From the NCBI GenBank assembly GCA_965603825.1, contig CBFDEM010000057.1:682001-746000 (forward strand): a stretch of DNA of 64,000 nucleotides, written 5' to 3'. Every line of letters starts with the position of its first letter. Positions within the stretch are counted from its first letter, which is position 1. This DNA is from Blepharisma stoltei ATCC 30299. Its lineage: Eukaryota > Protista > Ciliophora. A program made the position numbers and the translations under genes. Below, in pieces: positions 36,920 through 49,171 of this stretch. Under the pieces are notes generated by a model. It had not been told where the DNA came from, searched no databases, and was given only the letters and a program-made list of their open reading frames with translations.

Positions 36920-37717
36920 ATGGAATACATTAAGCGTCAGCAGTCAGATGAACAAGAAATCCGCTCCAACAAACTTTTCCCGATCGTTTTTTCTCCCTCA
37001 CATTCACCTGCATCAACTCGCAACTCTTTCTTTTCGATAACAGACTTTTCAGTCCATACTCGAAGAAGCTCATTTATCCCTTTCATTCATGAACGAGGAG
37101 ACACAGGAAAGCTTTTACCACCAGATCCAGACCCTGTGATTCTTCCACGCTCTTTACGAGTGTCCCCTGAGCCTATATTGAGATCCAATAAAAAAGAATC
37201 TCCTAAAGGGATTGCATTTTTAAGTACCTCGAACAAGACTTTGCCAAGGACAAAGCGAAAGCGTTATAATATACCTGAGCCTGGGTACTATAACCCAAAG
37301 CCAGCATATGAAATTGGGAATAAGCATAGCATTTATTTATCAAATACTCCTACTAAGAGAAATCAGCTTGAAAAAAGGAATGCTTTATCAACTGATTACT
37401 TAGATATGGATGCGATACATGAACATTTGCATGGACATCACGGAACACTTAGTATGGACAAGCAATTAGCAAGAATGAAAACCAAAGAAGATTATGATCT
37501 TGACGAAAAAATGCTTAAAAGTGCCAAAATGGAACTTCCGGAACATTTAAAGCAATTCAAAGGACTTTACCACATTGGGAAAATTTCGTCGCAGAAAGTA
37601 GATAATTTTCCAAAAAATTTTATGGATGTGGCAAAAGACTTGAATGAAAATATTGCAAAAAGAATGGATGAATTAAAAAAAATTGGAAAACAAATGAAGG
37701 TTTCTGCTTATAAATAG
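36920..37717 (+). CDS. hypothetical protein with a PGPG-like (PEPGYYNP) motif
   Basis: ATG 36920 to TAG 37717; low-complexity S/K/P-rich. Confidence 0.7.
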   Translation: MEYIKRQQSDEQEIRSNKLFPIVFSPSHSPASTRNSFFSITDFSVHTRRSSFIPFIHERGDTGKLLPPDPDPVILPRSLRVSPEPILRSNKKESPKGIAFLSTSNKTLPRTKRKRYNIPEPGYYNPKPAYEIGNKHSIYLSNTPTKRNQLEKRNALSTDYLDMDAIHEHLHGHHGTLSMDKQLARMKTKEDYDLDEKMLKSAKMELPEHLKQFKGLYHIGKISSQKVDNFPKNFMDVAKDLNENIAKRMDELKKIGKQMKVSAYK

Positions 37718-38657
37718 TGCACTGTATGTAATTTGCATAAAAATTAATTTTTTATAATTAAAAGTGAATTGTTTTAGCTTGATTTTATGATAATTCATTA
37801 TATTATGAGCTCATAATTACTATTATGAACTCCATGTATCAAAAATTTGGCATTAGAAGTGAAGTGTTCAGCCGAGCGTATATTTACCTTTGTGAGCAGC
37901 AGAAAAAGAAAGCTATCATTCTAAAATGGACCGAATTCTCTCCTCAATATCAATAATTGCTAAAAAAAGAAACAAGATTCCTGGAAACTTTCATTAATGC
38001 ATATATTAGGCATCTGGCTAAAAGCCTCAACTTTGAAGCATGCAAACTATTTAACAAGAAGCATTCAGCTGGCTAATGGTTTTATGCAATCGTTAGACTA
38101 GGCCTATAGTTTCATTTCTATTATTACTCCCAGAATTTTAGAAAAATTTCCAGCATGCCTTTTTCCAGAAATCTTCCATATTCACCTACATTAGGCGTAT
38201 CTATTTCCTTTCATACTATGCTGCTCAACCCCATCCTTCCTTCTATTTTGTTTTCAAGAAGCATTGATGCCTTACTTTTCAAAATTTTTTTGAGACTCAG
38301 GCAACTTTAAGAAATATTATAAAGGCATTATACTAATAAAGAAAACTAGCTTAAGCTTACTAAATCTATAAATCTTTTCGATTTATTCCTCACTCTAACT
38401 TCCATAAATAAATCTTAATATAAAATTAAACTTCTGCCATTTCATAAAAATCCCTGACATCACAATGCTGTTTCCCTTGACTATTTTTCTCCAAACCATA
38501 TAAAAAATTTACCTCTCTAAATCATTTAATTATATCCTCCCCACATCGCAGCCATCTCCGTAAAAAATAAAGCTTCAAACTATTTCCAGTTTAATTTTGA
38601 ATTGAGAAAATGGATTCCTTCAGACTGTTGATACCTAAATAATTGTAATAATACTCA

Positions 38658-40262
38658 ATGTAAAATCCACACAGGTCACGCTCAAGCAGTATCTCTCGTC
38701 ACCGTACCTCCTCAACACACTCCAAAAGTATAGGACAATACATTATAGGCCGAACAATTGGCGAAGGGACATTCGGCAAAGTAAAACTCGGCACTCACAT
38801 TTTGACTAACGAAAAAGTGGCTGTCAAAATCCTTGAAAAAGACAGAATCAAGGACGCTTCAGACATAGAGCGAGTTTCCCGAGAAATAAAAATCCTGAAA
38901 ATGCTGAGATTTCCACACATAATCCAGCTATATGAAATTATTGAAACTCCTAAACAATTATATCTCATCATGGAATTTGCCAGTGGCGGGGAGCTTTTTG
39001 ATTACATTGTAGCAAGAAATAAAGTAAATGAGCCTCAGGCGTGTATTTTTCTTCAACAGATTTTATATGGAATTGAGTATCTCCATAAGCTAGGGGTTGT
39101 TCATAGAGATTTAAAGCCAGAAAATCTCTTATTAGATGAAGAAAAAAATATAAAAATCGTGGATTTTGGGTTAAGTAACACTTATAAGCCTGGAGAAACA
39201 TTAAAAACCGCCTGTGGGAGCCCTTGTTATGCTGCCCCAGAGATGATTGCAGGAAAAAGGTATATTGGCAGCCAAGTCGACATATGGAGTTGTGGGGTAA
39301 TTTTATATGCCATGCTGTGTGGATATTTACCATTTGAAGACCAAAATACTGCGACTTTATATAAGAAAATCAGAAGTGGGGAGTATAAGGTCCCTAAACA
39401 TCTTTCTTTAGAAGCTATTGATATTCTTAAAAGGATTTTGAATACAAACCCTGAAGAGAGATACACGGTTGAACAGATTAGAGGGCATCCTTGGTTTAAA
39501 AAACATGCGTCGCATACTAGGAGGGTAGATGATAGTAAAATTACTATAAACGAAGAAGGCTTGGATGGGCTGGTAACTTTTGGGATTGATATAGAGCATG
39601 CAAGAGACAATATATTGCAAGGAAGACATAACAACATTACAGCGACTTATTATTTGTTATTAAAAAAACAGAAAAACGAAGCAAAAGCTCCTAAGTCGCC
39701 TACAAACCAGGAAAAAAGTGTTCTCCAAACTTTTCATGCACCTCACCCTCACCCTCCACCAAGACCTATTATTACAGAAAATCAGCCAATTAACCCTAAA
39801 ATAAAACGACTTATAGAAAACCAAAGAATAGAAAGCACAGGAGGTAGCTCATCAAGAGAAATGGACCTTGCTACAAAAACTCAAGGGATCTCTACAATAA
39901 TTTCAGGCCGTGACCGCAACAATTCTTCTCTTATAAAGCCATCTCCAAATACCAGAGTTTACGCCGCATCAGTATCTCCTATCAGCCGTCGTGACAATTC
40001 TACTTTCAGAAGCACCGAAAGGCATGTCCCGAAAGAGCCTGAAAAGCCTAAACCAAGCATCACGCCGCGCCCAATCCGTAACTTTTATATAGGAGGCCGT
40101 CAATATAAAAGAAGAGAGAGAGTTAAAACTCCAGTCACTTATAATGTAGATCTATACACTACTCTTAACCTGTCTATCAAACATAGTCCACGAGCTGGAA
40201 CTGCTATAGGGATTCAAAGACCTCGTAGAATTGAATCCAATGAATTTTCTTATAAATTTTAA
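38658..40262 (+). CDS. SNF1/AMPK-family (CAMKL) Ser/Thr kinase with UBA-like segment
   Basis: IGEGTFGKV, VAVK, HRDLKPEN, DFGLSN, LKTACGSPCYAAPE, HNNITATYYLL; the only in-frame ATG is formed by splicing 38660-38674. Confidence 0.9.
38660..38674 (+). other. 15-nt intron inside the start codon (AT^G)
   Basis: AT|GTAAAATCCACACAG|G TCA CGC; A at position 10; the unspliced sequence reads ATG TAA. Confidence 0.8.
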
Positions 40263-40310
40263 TTTTTATTATAGTTGAGTATTAACTGTTGCATAAATTA
40301 AACACTGAAG

Positions 40311-42317
40311 ATGGAAAATAAAGAAGATTTCGCAGGGACGTTTTATAGTAATTTAAGATCGCTGATTACGCTTGTAGATCATTTAAGAGATGCAGGGCTT
40401 CAAAAATACATAAAACTGCCGAGAATAGTGACATTGGGACTTCAGAGCAGCGGGAAAAGCTCAGTTCTTGAGTCTATTGTAGGGCTGAATTTTTTGCCGA
40501 GAAGTGAAGGAGTTTGTACAAGGCGGCCGTTAGAGCTGAGGCTGGTCCACGAAGAAACCCAAACGCAGCCATGGGCCATTTTTGAAGGAAATTCGAATAA
40601 ATATACTGAGTTTGAAAAAGTCAGAGAACAGATTGAAAGGTTAACGGACGATAGAGCTGGAAGAAATAAAGGTATTGTAGACGACCCTATTATACTCACA
40701 ATCCACTCTTCTACTTGTCCGGATCTTACCTTAATCGATCTCCCAGGAATCACCAGAATTCCTTTAAAAAATAGCGATCAGCCTGCAGATATCGAAAGAA
40801 TTACTAAAGAAATGGCTTATAGGTACATCTCAGACCCAAGGACTATTATTTTGTGTGTAATTGCTGCCAATACTGATATCAGCACAAGTGAATCACTATT
40901 AATGGCAAATAAAGTTGATAAGGCTGGGATCAGAACTTTAGGGGTCATCACCAAAATTGATATCATGGACAGAGGCACAAACGCGAAAAAAGTGATTATG
41001 GGACAAGAAGTCACATTAAGACTAGGCTTTATAGGTGTAAAAAACAGATCCCAAGAAGACATTAACAATAACGTCAAAGTTGGTGCTGCTTTAAGAGAGG
41101 AGCAAGAATACTTTGCACAGCACCCTGTATATTCAACTATGCCGCCTGGATATCTCGGCACAGACGTCCTTACTCAGCGGCTAACCCAAATTTTATTTAA
41201 CCATATAAAACATTTTTTACCAGAAATTCTAAAAGAAACAATGTACAGGATCAAGGACTGTGATGAAAGATCAAAAGATCTTGGTCCAAGTACCCCAGTT
41301 GAGCCAAAACAAAAAACCCAAATGCTATGGAATATGATCACAGACTATTGTGAGACTTTTAAAAATACAATTAGAGGCAAATTCGAAAGGAGGGGGAACT
41401 CAAGAATTGCTAAAGACTTGGCTGGAGGGGTAACGATAAAACATTATTTTAATACCCTGCTAGAGGATTATTCTGGGAATTATAATGCTACAGAGGATTA
41501 TAGTAATGAAGAAATTCAAAGAATTATGGCCCAGCATGAAGGGGATAATATCCCTGGATTTCCATCTGTAGATGTCCTGCTGTTTTTATTGCATCCACAG
41601 CTGGAAAGGCTGAAAGGGCCTGTTTTGGACTGTTTAAATGACGTGCATTCCTATTTAGACCAGCTTTCGAGGAAAATTATTGAAAGGGTTTTTTATAGGT
41701 TTCCATCGTTGGTAGCAGAAATTGGGGATATTTCGTCTCATGTTTTAATTAAAGAAAGAGAAAACTGCAAGACTATTGTTGAGGAGCTGGTGGATGCTGA
41801 GGAAGGATATATTTTTACTAATGATGTGGAGTATTTAGCAAAAAGGACGGATTTGATACCGAAAAGTGATAATAAAGTCCCAAAAACCGCAGAAAGTCTA
41901 TTTGTGGACGAAATCAGGAGCAGAATTGATACTTATTTTAGAATTGTGGTAAGAAATGTAAGAGATACAGTGCCAAAGATCATTGGATATTTCTTAGTAA
42001 GATCAGTTATGGATAAAATGCAAATGCAGCTTTATGAAAGCATTAATAGAAGTGAAACAGTGCTAAATTTATTGAGTGAGCCTGCACATATTTCAACTGA
42101 AAGAGAAAACATCAGAAAGCAGCTTTCAACATTAAGAAAAGCAGAGAAAATCCTAAAGCATGACCCAAATCTTGCTTTGCAAGCAAATTCAATTGAAGAT
42201 GAAATCAGTAAGATTGAAAGCGAAGCGAGCGAAAGTGGGACTGCAAAGAAAAAGGCAGACGAAGACAGCACGATAGGCCAAAGGCCAAGCAAAACACCGC
42301 CGAAAGGAATCTTTTAA
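40311..42317 (+). CDS. dynamin-related protein (GTPase, stalk, GED)
   Basis: LPRIVTLGLQSSGKSS, CTRRPL, DLPG, TKID, GED YFRIVVRNVRDTVPKIIGYFLV. Confidence 0.93.
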   Translation: MENKEDFAGTFYSNLRSLITLVDHLRDAGLQKYIKLPRIVTLGLQSSGKSSVLESIVGLNFLPRSEGVCTRRPLELRLVHEETQTQPWAIFEGNSNKYTEFEKVREQIERLTDDRAGRNKGIVDDPIILTIHSSTCPDLTLIDLPGITRIPLKNSDQPADIERITKEMAYRYISDPRTIILCVIAANTDISTSESLLMANKVDKAGIRTLGVITKIDIMDRGTNAKKVIMGQEVTLRLGFIGVKNRSQEDINNNVKVGAALREEQEYFAQHPVYSTMPPGYLGTDVLTQRLTQILFNHIKHFLPEILKETMYRIKDCDERSKDLGPSTPVEPKQKTQMLWNMITDYCETFKNTIRGKFERRGNSRIAKDLAGGVTIKHYFNTLLEDYSGNYNATEDYSNEEIQRIMAQHEGDNIPGFPSVDVLLFLLHPQLERLKGPVLDCLNDVHSYLDQLSRKIIERVFYRFPSLVAEIGDISSHVLIKERENCKTIVEELVDAEEGYIFTNDVEYLAKRTDLIPKSDNKVPKTAESLFVDEIRSRIDTYFRIVVRNVRDTVPKIIGYFLVRSVMDKMQMQLYESINRSETVLNLLSEPAHISTERENIRKQLSTLRKAEKILKHDPNLALQANSIEDEISKIESEASESGTAKKKADEDSTIGQRPSKTPPKGIF

Positions 42318-42706
42318 TCTTAATCTTTTATAGGGAATAATTAAATAATAAACAGTTAAAAATTAAACTGAAATAAATTTTGAGGTAAATTTTTTTTTTG
42401 GTAGAATTTATTAGGTCCCGAACTAAACTAATAGATCTAAAATTTCTCTTTAAAAATTAATAGCTCTGAGCTAAAAAAGGTTTTAAAGATAGATACATTG
42501 CTCAAATTTCAATTTGGCATATTCAGCTCTTTCAGGCTATGTAATAAAATTAATATTCAGATTTTTTCCTAAAGGTAATTAAAAATTAATAATGATAGTC
42601 TGTTAGCTTAATTACATGTGCAGGTCTAGTCCATTTTAAAAATTCACAGATATTTGAAAAATTATTTCCACTTCAACAAAAGAGTCAATCCCTTGACTGT
42701 TGAAAA

Positions 42707-42802
42707 ATATCTATTCTGTTAATTTTCATCCAATTTATATCAGCTAAATTGAAAAAATATATCTATTCTGTTAATTTTCATCCAATTTATATCAGCTAAA
42801 TT
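42707..42802. repeat. direct repeat, 44-bp identical unit, 52-bp period
   Basis: ATATCTATTCTGTTAATTTTCATCCAATTTATATCAGCTAAATT at 42707-42750 and 42759-42802. Confidence 0.9.
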
Positions 42803-42909
42803 AAAAAAATAAAATTTTACACTTCAAAATCTACTGTTGAAAAAATCATTCATACCTAATTAAATCTATATTGACATTTTGAGATCAGTCTAATAAAAAT
42901 TGAAAAATA

Positions 42910-44343
42910 ATGGTCAGGTACTTTTTAGTTCTTACGCTGCTTTCGTTGAGCACTATGACTAGTTCAACTTTTTCTATTCCTTGTGATCTGGAAAATGATA
43001 AAAATCCTTCTAAGCCTTGCTCAAATATAAGTTCTTGGGATTATAAAAATTTCTCATATTCCAATGCTAATGAGGAATCAATCTTTCAAAACTCAAAAGC
43101 AAACCATCCTCATGAAAAATCAAAGAAAATGAAGATCGCGATAATCGGATGTCTTTTTATCGGACACATAACCCCAACAATTGACATGGCGAAATCCTTA
43201 ATATCAAGAGGCCATGAAATTATCTATTATGCTCCAATACAAGCTGAAAAGCTAATACAAGCGTCAGGGGCAAAATTCATCCCATACCCCAGCCCACAAA
43301 TTTCAAAGCTTAAACCTGTTGATAGTGTCAAACTGAAGCCAACTGAAATTGGCTTAATATTTGTAAACAAATTCGGCTCATTTACTGAGTTTATTATGCC
43401 ATGGTTTAAAGAGTCATTTGATAAAGAAAATTTTGATGCTGTCATCTTTAGCTCATTTACTGTCTGAGGAAATACCGTTACCAATTACTTCAAAAAGCCA
43501 TTTTTATGCTTTGAGCCTTCTATATTGCCAGCAGAAGACGAATTTTGGCTACAGACTCATTTCTATGATGATGGGAAAGAAGAGCAAACTAAATTTGCTG
43601 AAAAGCTTCACAATAAGTATGATTCTATTGGAAAAAATCTTGTAGAAATGCTATCATGCAGTTATGCAGAAAAAGTTCTAATGTTTTCTCCTCAAAAGTT
43701 TCTTGAAAAAACTATTTCATCAAAATTTCCCAATCCTGATAAATATATATTTTTAAACAGTGTTTCTTCTCAGACATCCAAAAACCCTATTCCTGAATTG
43801 AAAGAAAACAGTTTAATATATTTCTCATTAGGAACCATAATAAATCAAAGACTTGATATTTTTGGCTCAATTATAGAATTCTTCTGCAATACAGGATATA
43901 AGCTAAAAATCAGCTGTGGAGGAAATGAAAATCTTTATCAAGAAATTATTTCTAAATATCATTATGATAACATCGAAATTAATTTCTTTGCAAGCCAGCT
44001 TGATATCCTCCAAGAAGCCACGATTTTTATTACTCATTCAGGGCTCAATAGTGTAAGAGAAGCAGTTTCTAATACGGTCCCAATGATTACTATTCCTCAG
44101 GGTGCCGATCAGTTCGAAATATCCAGAAGTGTCACTGAGCTTGGACTAGGTGTCTCATTTGAAGATTATGAAGGAAGCTTAGACGATAAAATCAAACTTG
44201 CTTTTAATGAGATTGAAAGCAATTTTACAAAATATAAAGAAAATCTAAAAAGGGCTCAAAAGTCGTATTTCGATGAGCCAGCTTATAAAGATTCCATATC
44301 AGAAGTGGAAAATTATTTACTTAATATAACTCATAAGCTTTAA
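42910..44343 (+). CDS. UDP-glycosyltransferase, GT1/MGT (OleD/YjiC-like) with signal peptide (copy A1)
   Basis: MVRYFLVLTLLSLS signal; IGHITPT, LISRGHEI, IYFSLGT, FITHSGLNSVREA, IPQGADQF; TGA=Trp at 43465. Confidence 0.88.
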
Positions 44344-44366
44344 TTTATTTCCAAAAATTTATAAAA

Positions 44367-44861
44367 ATGTGGATATATCTATTAGGGATTTTATCAAATT
44401 ATTTAATAGCTTGAGGTTATGAAGAAGCAATAGGAAATCAACACAGTTGCAAAGTAATTAATGAATTTGTGAATAAAAAAAATCGATTTCAGTGCAGTTT
44501 AGATGAATATGATATATTTTCTGAAGCTTTAAATAAAGCAGCCACCAAAAGGAAAATTGGAATAATTGGATGTTTTGGCACTGATCACGTTATTCCTACA
44601 ATAGATGTAGCTAAATGGCTTACATTAAGAGGCCATGACGTTGTATTTTACGGTTCATTACACATTCAAGAAAAAAATTGAACTCTCAGGAGCAAAATTC
44701 GTCCCATACCCAGAAGAATTTTTCACATTTTAAAAAGATGAAATGAAACAAAAATTGTGGCATGCGGCGCAATTGTTACAGTTGACTAATTTATTAATGA
44801 TAATAATATACTTTGATTTTTAGGACTATTTTTCATCATTTTGCAATATTTAGGTTTGCTG
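44367..44861 (+). pseudogene. 5' fragment of a type-B glycosyltransferase, frameshifted and fused to a dynamin fragment
   Basis: Near-identical to 47695 onward up to ~44670; then a +1 frameshift, stops and small deletions; homology ends at ~44861. Confidence 0.88.
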
Positions 44862-45580
44862 TTGGCTGTAGGGGAAAACAAATAACCATTATTTTAATAC
44901 GTTTTTAGAGGATTATTCTGGGAACTATAATGCTACAGAGGATTACAATAATGAAGAAATTCAAAAAATTATGGTCCAGCATAAAGCGGATTATATTCCT
45001 GGATTTCCATCAGCAAATGTCTTGCTGTTTTTGCTGCATCAACAGCTGGAAAGGCTAAAAGGGCTTTTGACATTTTAAATGGGATGCATTCCTATTTAGA
45101 CAAGCTTTATCGGAATATTTAGTATTTTGCACAAAGAACGGATTCGATACCGAAAAGTGATAATAAAGTCCTAAAAACCGCAGAAAGTCTATTTGTGGAC
45201 GAAATCAGAAGTAGAATTGATACTTATTTTAGAATTGTGGTAAGAAATGTAAGAGATACAGTTCCAAAGACATTGGCTATTTCTTATGGATAAAATGCAA
45301 ATGAAGCTTTATGAAAGCATTAATAGAAGTGAAACAGTGCTAAATTTATTGAGCGAGCCTGCTGAAATAGAAAACATCAGAAAGCAGCTTTCAACATTAA
45401 GAAAAGCAGAGAAAATCCTAAAGCAGACCAAAATCTTGCTTTTCAAGCAATTTCAATTGAAGATGAAAATAGTAAGATTGAAAGCGAAGCGAGCGGAAGT
45501 GGGACTGCAAAAAAAAGGCAGACAAAGATAGCATGATAGGTCAAAGGCCAAGCAAAACATCGCCGGAAGGAATCTTTTAA
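44862..45580 (+). pseudogene. decayed 3' half of the dynamin gene (copy of 41418-42317)
   Basis: Aligns to dynamin from TTGGCTG (41418) to GGAATCTTTTAA; deletions of ~145, 13 and 12 bp plus frameshifts. Confidence 0.9.
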
Positions 45581-46237
45581 TTATAATCTTTTATAGGGAA
45601 CAATTAATTAATAAACAGTTAAGAATTAACTGAGTGGTGGTTAACAAATTTTGAGTTAAAATTTCAAAAATTGTAAATGGTGCTTCTGGTGAATTATTAA
45701 AAAATGCTTTTGGTTTTTTATAAATGGTGTTTTGGTAAAAACTCAAGGTCGCGAGCTAAACTAATCAAATAAAATTTCTCGTTTGAATTTTATAGATTGT
45801 AGTAAAACAATTTCAAATTTAGATTCATTGCTCAAATTTTAATTTGAATATTCATTTTTTCAATTTCTGTTATAAAATTAATATTCAGATTTTATCTAAA
45901 TAAATCAAAATTAATAAAGGTAATCTGCCAGCTTTAATATATGTACAGGTCTGGCCTGTTTTAAAGCTTCACTGCTATTTGAGAAATTATTTCTAACTTC
46001 AATCAAAGAACCACCTATATCCTGGTTTTCAATAAAATTTTTTCTGTTAATTTTTATGCAATTTAAATCTGCTCTAGCAAGTATTAACACTTTAAATCGG
46101 CTATAAATAATTCTAGTAAGCTTTAACACTTTTTAAATTGAAAAATAAAATTTTAAACACTAAACTCCATTCCCGAAACACCATATTTCTTCCTATTTAA
46201 ATCTGCTTGAAATTTTGAAAGTTATATAATAAAATTA

Positions 46238-47671
46238 ATGGTGAAAAGTCTTTTAATTTTTACGTTGCTTTCGTTGAGCATTATGACTACATCAGCTTGT
46301 TCTATTCTTCATGAGCTAGAAGATGATAAAACTACTTCTAATCCTTGTCCAAAAGCAAGTTCCTGGGATCATGAAAACTTAGCATATTCTAATGCTAATG
46401 AAGAATCAGTCTTTCACAATTCAAAAGCCAACCATACTCAAGAAAATCCAAAGAAAATGAAGATAGTGATAATAGGATCTCTTTTTATGGGCCACATAAC
46501 CCCAACAATTGACATGACAAAATCGTTAATATCAAGAGGCCATGAAATTACCTATTATGCTCCAATACAATCAGAAAAGCTATTACAAGCGTCAGGGGCG
46601 AAATTCATCCCATACCCCAACCTAGAAATATCAAGGCATAGTACTGTTGATGGTACAAAAGTGAAGATAACTCAAATTGGCTTACAGCTTATGCACATAC
46701 TCGGTTCGTTTACTGACTTTATTATGCCATGGTTTAAAGAGATGCTAGATAAAGAAAGTTTTGATGCTATCATCTTTAGCTCATTTACTATATGAGGAAA
46801 TACCGTTACCAATTACTTGAAAAAGCCATTTTTATGCTTTGAGCCTTCTATATTTCCAGCAGAAACCGAATTTAGGCTACAGACTCATTTTTTCGATGAT
46901 GGGAAAGAAGAGCAAGCTAAATTTGCTGAAAAGCTTCACGATGAGTATAATTCCAATGGAAAAAATCTTGTAGAAATGCTATCATGCAGTTATGCAGAAA
47001 AGATTTTAATGTTTTCTCCTCAAAAGTTTCTTGAGAAAACTGTTTCATCAAAATTTCCCAACCCTAATAAATATATTTTTTTACACAGTATTTCTTCCCA
47101 GACATCCAAAAACCCTATTCCTGAATTGAAAGAAAACAGCTTAATATATTTCTCATTAGGAACTCTACTAAATGAAAGGCTCGATATTTTTGGCTCAATT
47201 ATAGAATTCTTCTGTAGTACAAAATATAAGCTAATAATTAGCAGCGGAGGAAATGAAAATCTTTATCAAGAAATTACTTCTAAATATCACTGTGATAACA
47301 TTGAAGTTAAGTTATTTACAAGCCAGCTAGAAGTTCTCCAAGAAGCCGCAATTTTCATTTCTCATTCAGGGCTCAATAGTGTAAGAGAAGCAGTTTCTAA
47401 TACGGTCCCAATGATTACTATTCCTCAGGGTGCCGATCAGTTCGTAATAGCCAGAAGTGTCACTGAGCTTGGACTAGGCGTTTCATTTGAAGATTATGAA
47501 GGAAGCTTAGACGATAAAATCAAACTTGCTTTTAATGAGATTGAAAGCAATTTTACAAAATATAAAGAAAATCTAAAAAGGGTTCAAAAGACACATTTCG
47601 ATGGGCAAGTTTATGAAGATTCCATGTTAGAAGTGGAAAATTATTTGCTTAATATAACTCATAAGCTTTAA
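46238..47671 (+). CDS. UDP-glycosyltransferase, GT1/MGT-like with signal peptide (copy A2)
   Basis: Paralog of A1; MGHITPT, FISHSGLNSVREA, PQGADQF; TGA=Trp at 46793. Confidence 0.88.
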
Positions 47672-47694
47672 TTTATTTCCAAAAATTTATAAAA

Positions 47695-49110
47695 ATGTGG
47701 ATATATCTATTAGGGATTTTATCAAATTATTTAATAGCTTGAGGTTATGAAGAAGCAATAGGAAATCAACACAGTTGTGAAATAATTAATGAATTTGTGA
47801 ATAAAAAAGATCAATTTCAGTGCAGTTTAGATGAATATGATATATTTTCTGAAGCTTTAAATAAAGCAGCCACCAAAAGGAAAATTGGAATAATTGGATG
47901 TTTTGGCACTGATCACGTTATTCCTACAATAGATATAGCTAAATGGCTTGTATTAAGAGGCCATGACGTTGTATTTTACGGTCCATTACACATGCAAAAA
48001 AAAATTGAACTCTCAGGAGCAAAATTCGTCCCATACCCAGAACAAAATATAACATTTAAAAATAATCGTGAAAAGGAGGAAATGGAGCAAAAAATTATAG
48101 CATACGGCGCAATTGTTAAAGTTGATTACTTTATCAATAATAATCTACCTTGATTTTTAGAGAGCTGTGAAAAAGAAAATTTCGATGGGATTATTTTTCA
48201 TCATTTTGCAATATTTGGGTTTGCTGTAGCTAAATACTTAAATCTGCCAAACCTCTGCTTAACTTGTGGAGCTGTGCCGCCTGAAAGAGAAAAAATCGGG
48301 GATGATTATCCTAAAAATTGGAAAAAAAGAAAAATCGATTTTTCAGCTGAAGTCCAGAAGCAAGTTCCTTATATTGGGGAAATATCGAAAAAAGTCCATT
48401 CATGCAGCAATGTTGGCAAAGTTTTAATGGTGACTCCTAAAAAATTTGTCGAAGCAATTGCGAATCGAACTATTAAAGAGTCTTATCGATATATACATTT
48501 AAGCTCAATTATGTCAAAAAATTCTCATGATTATGTACCAGAACTGAAAGAAAATAGCTTGATTTATTTTGCATTTGGAACAATTTTTACTCGGTATAGC
48601 CAAGATATATATGATTCTGTCGCTAAATTTTTTTGTGGAACTAAATATGAACTTATTATGACAACAGGAGGAAATGAAGAACTTTATCAATATTTGTTGC
48701 CAAAATATAGCAACTGTAGCAATATAAGTATTAATTTATATGTAAATCAGATGGAGGTTCTTAGAAGAACAGCGATTTTTATAAATCATGCAGGGTTTAA
48801 TAGTGTTCAGGAAGCAATTCCACTTATAATTCCAATGATAGTAATCCCACAAGGAGCTGATCAGTATGCTATTGCCAGATGCATACACAGTTTAAAAATT
48901 GGAATTAATTTTAGGGATTTAAAATGAACTATTACCCAAAACTTGAGGTATGCTCTTAATGAAATAGAAAAAAACTTTACTAATTATAAAGAAAATATAA
49001 AGAAAGTACTTAAAACGCATTTTGATGGTGAAAAGCTTGAAGATTCTATCATAAAAGTTGAAAATTATTTGTTTAATTCAACAAGAATTAATAAAAAACT
49101 CATGTTTTAG
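47695..49110 (+). CDS. UDP-glycosyltransferase, GT1/MGT-like with signal peptide (type B)
   Basis: ATG 47695 (MWIYLLGILSNYLIAWG); GTDHVIPT, IYFAFGT, FINHAGFNSVQEA, PQGADQY; three TGA=Trp; stop TAG 49108-49110. Confidence 0.85.
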
Positions 49111-49171
49111 CTATTTAATTGATAAATTTTTTTTGGAAAAAAATTCTAATTGATTAGTCAACTGCTTTTAA

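Noticed and set aside
37802-37817. Perfect 16-bp palindrome ATTATGAGCTCATAAT
   Set aside because: Isolated and AT-rich, with no associated structure; plausibly chance.
44332-44343. C-terminal HKL of glycosyltransferases A1/A2 as a peroxisomal targeting signal
   Set aside because: It is non-canonical, not shared by the B and C paralogs, and conflicts with the signal peptide.
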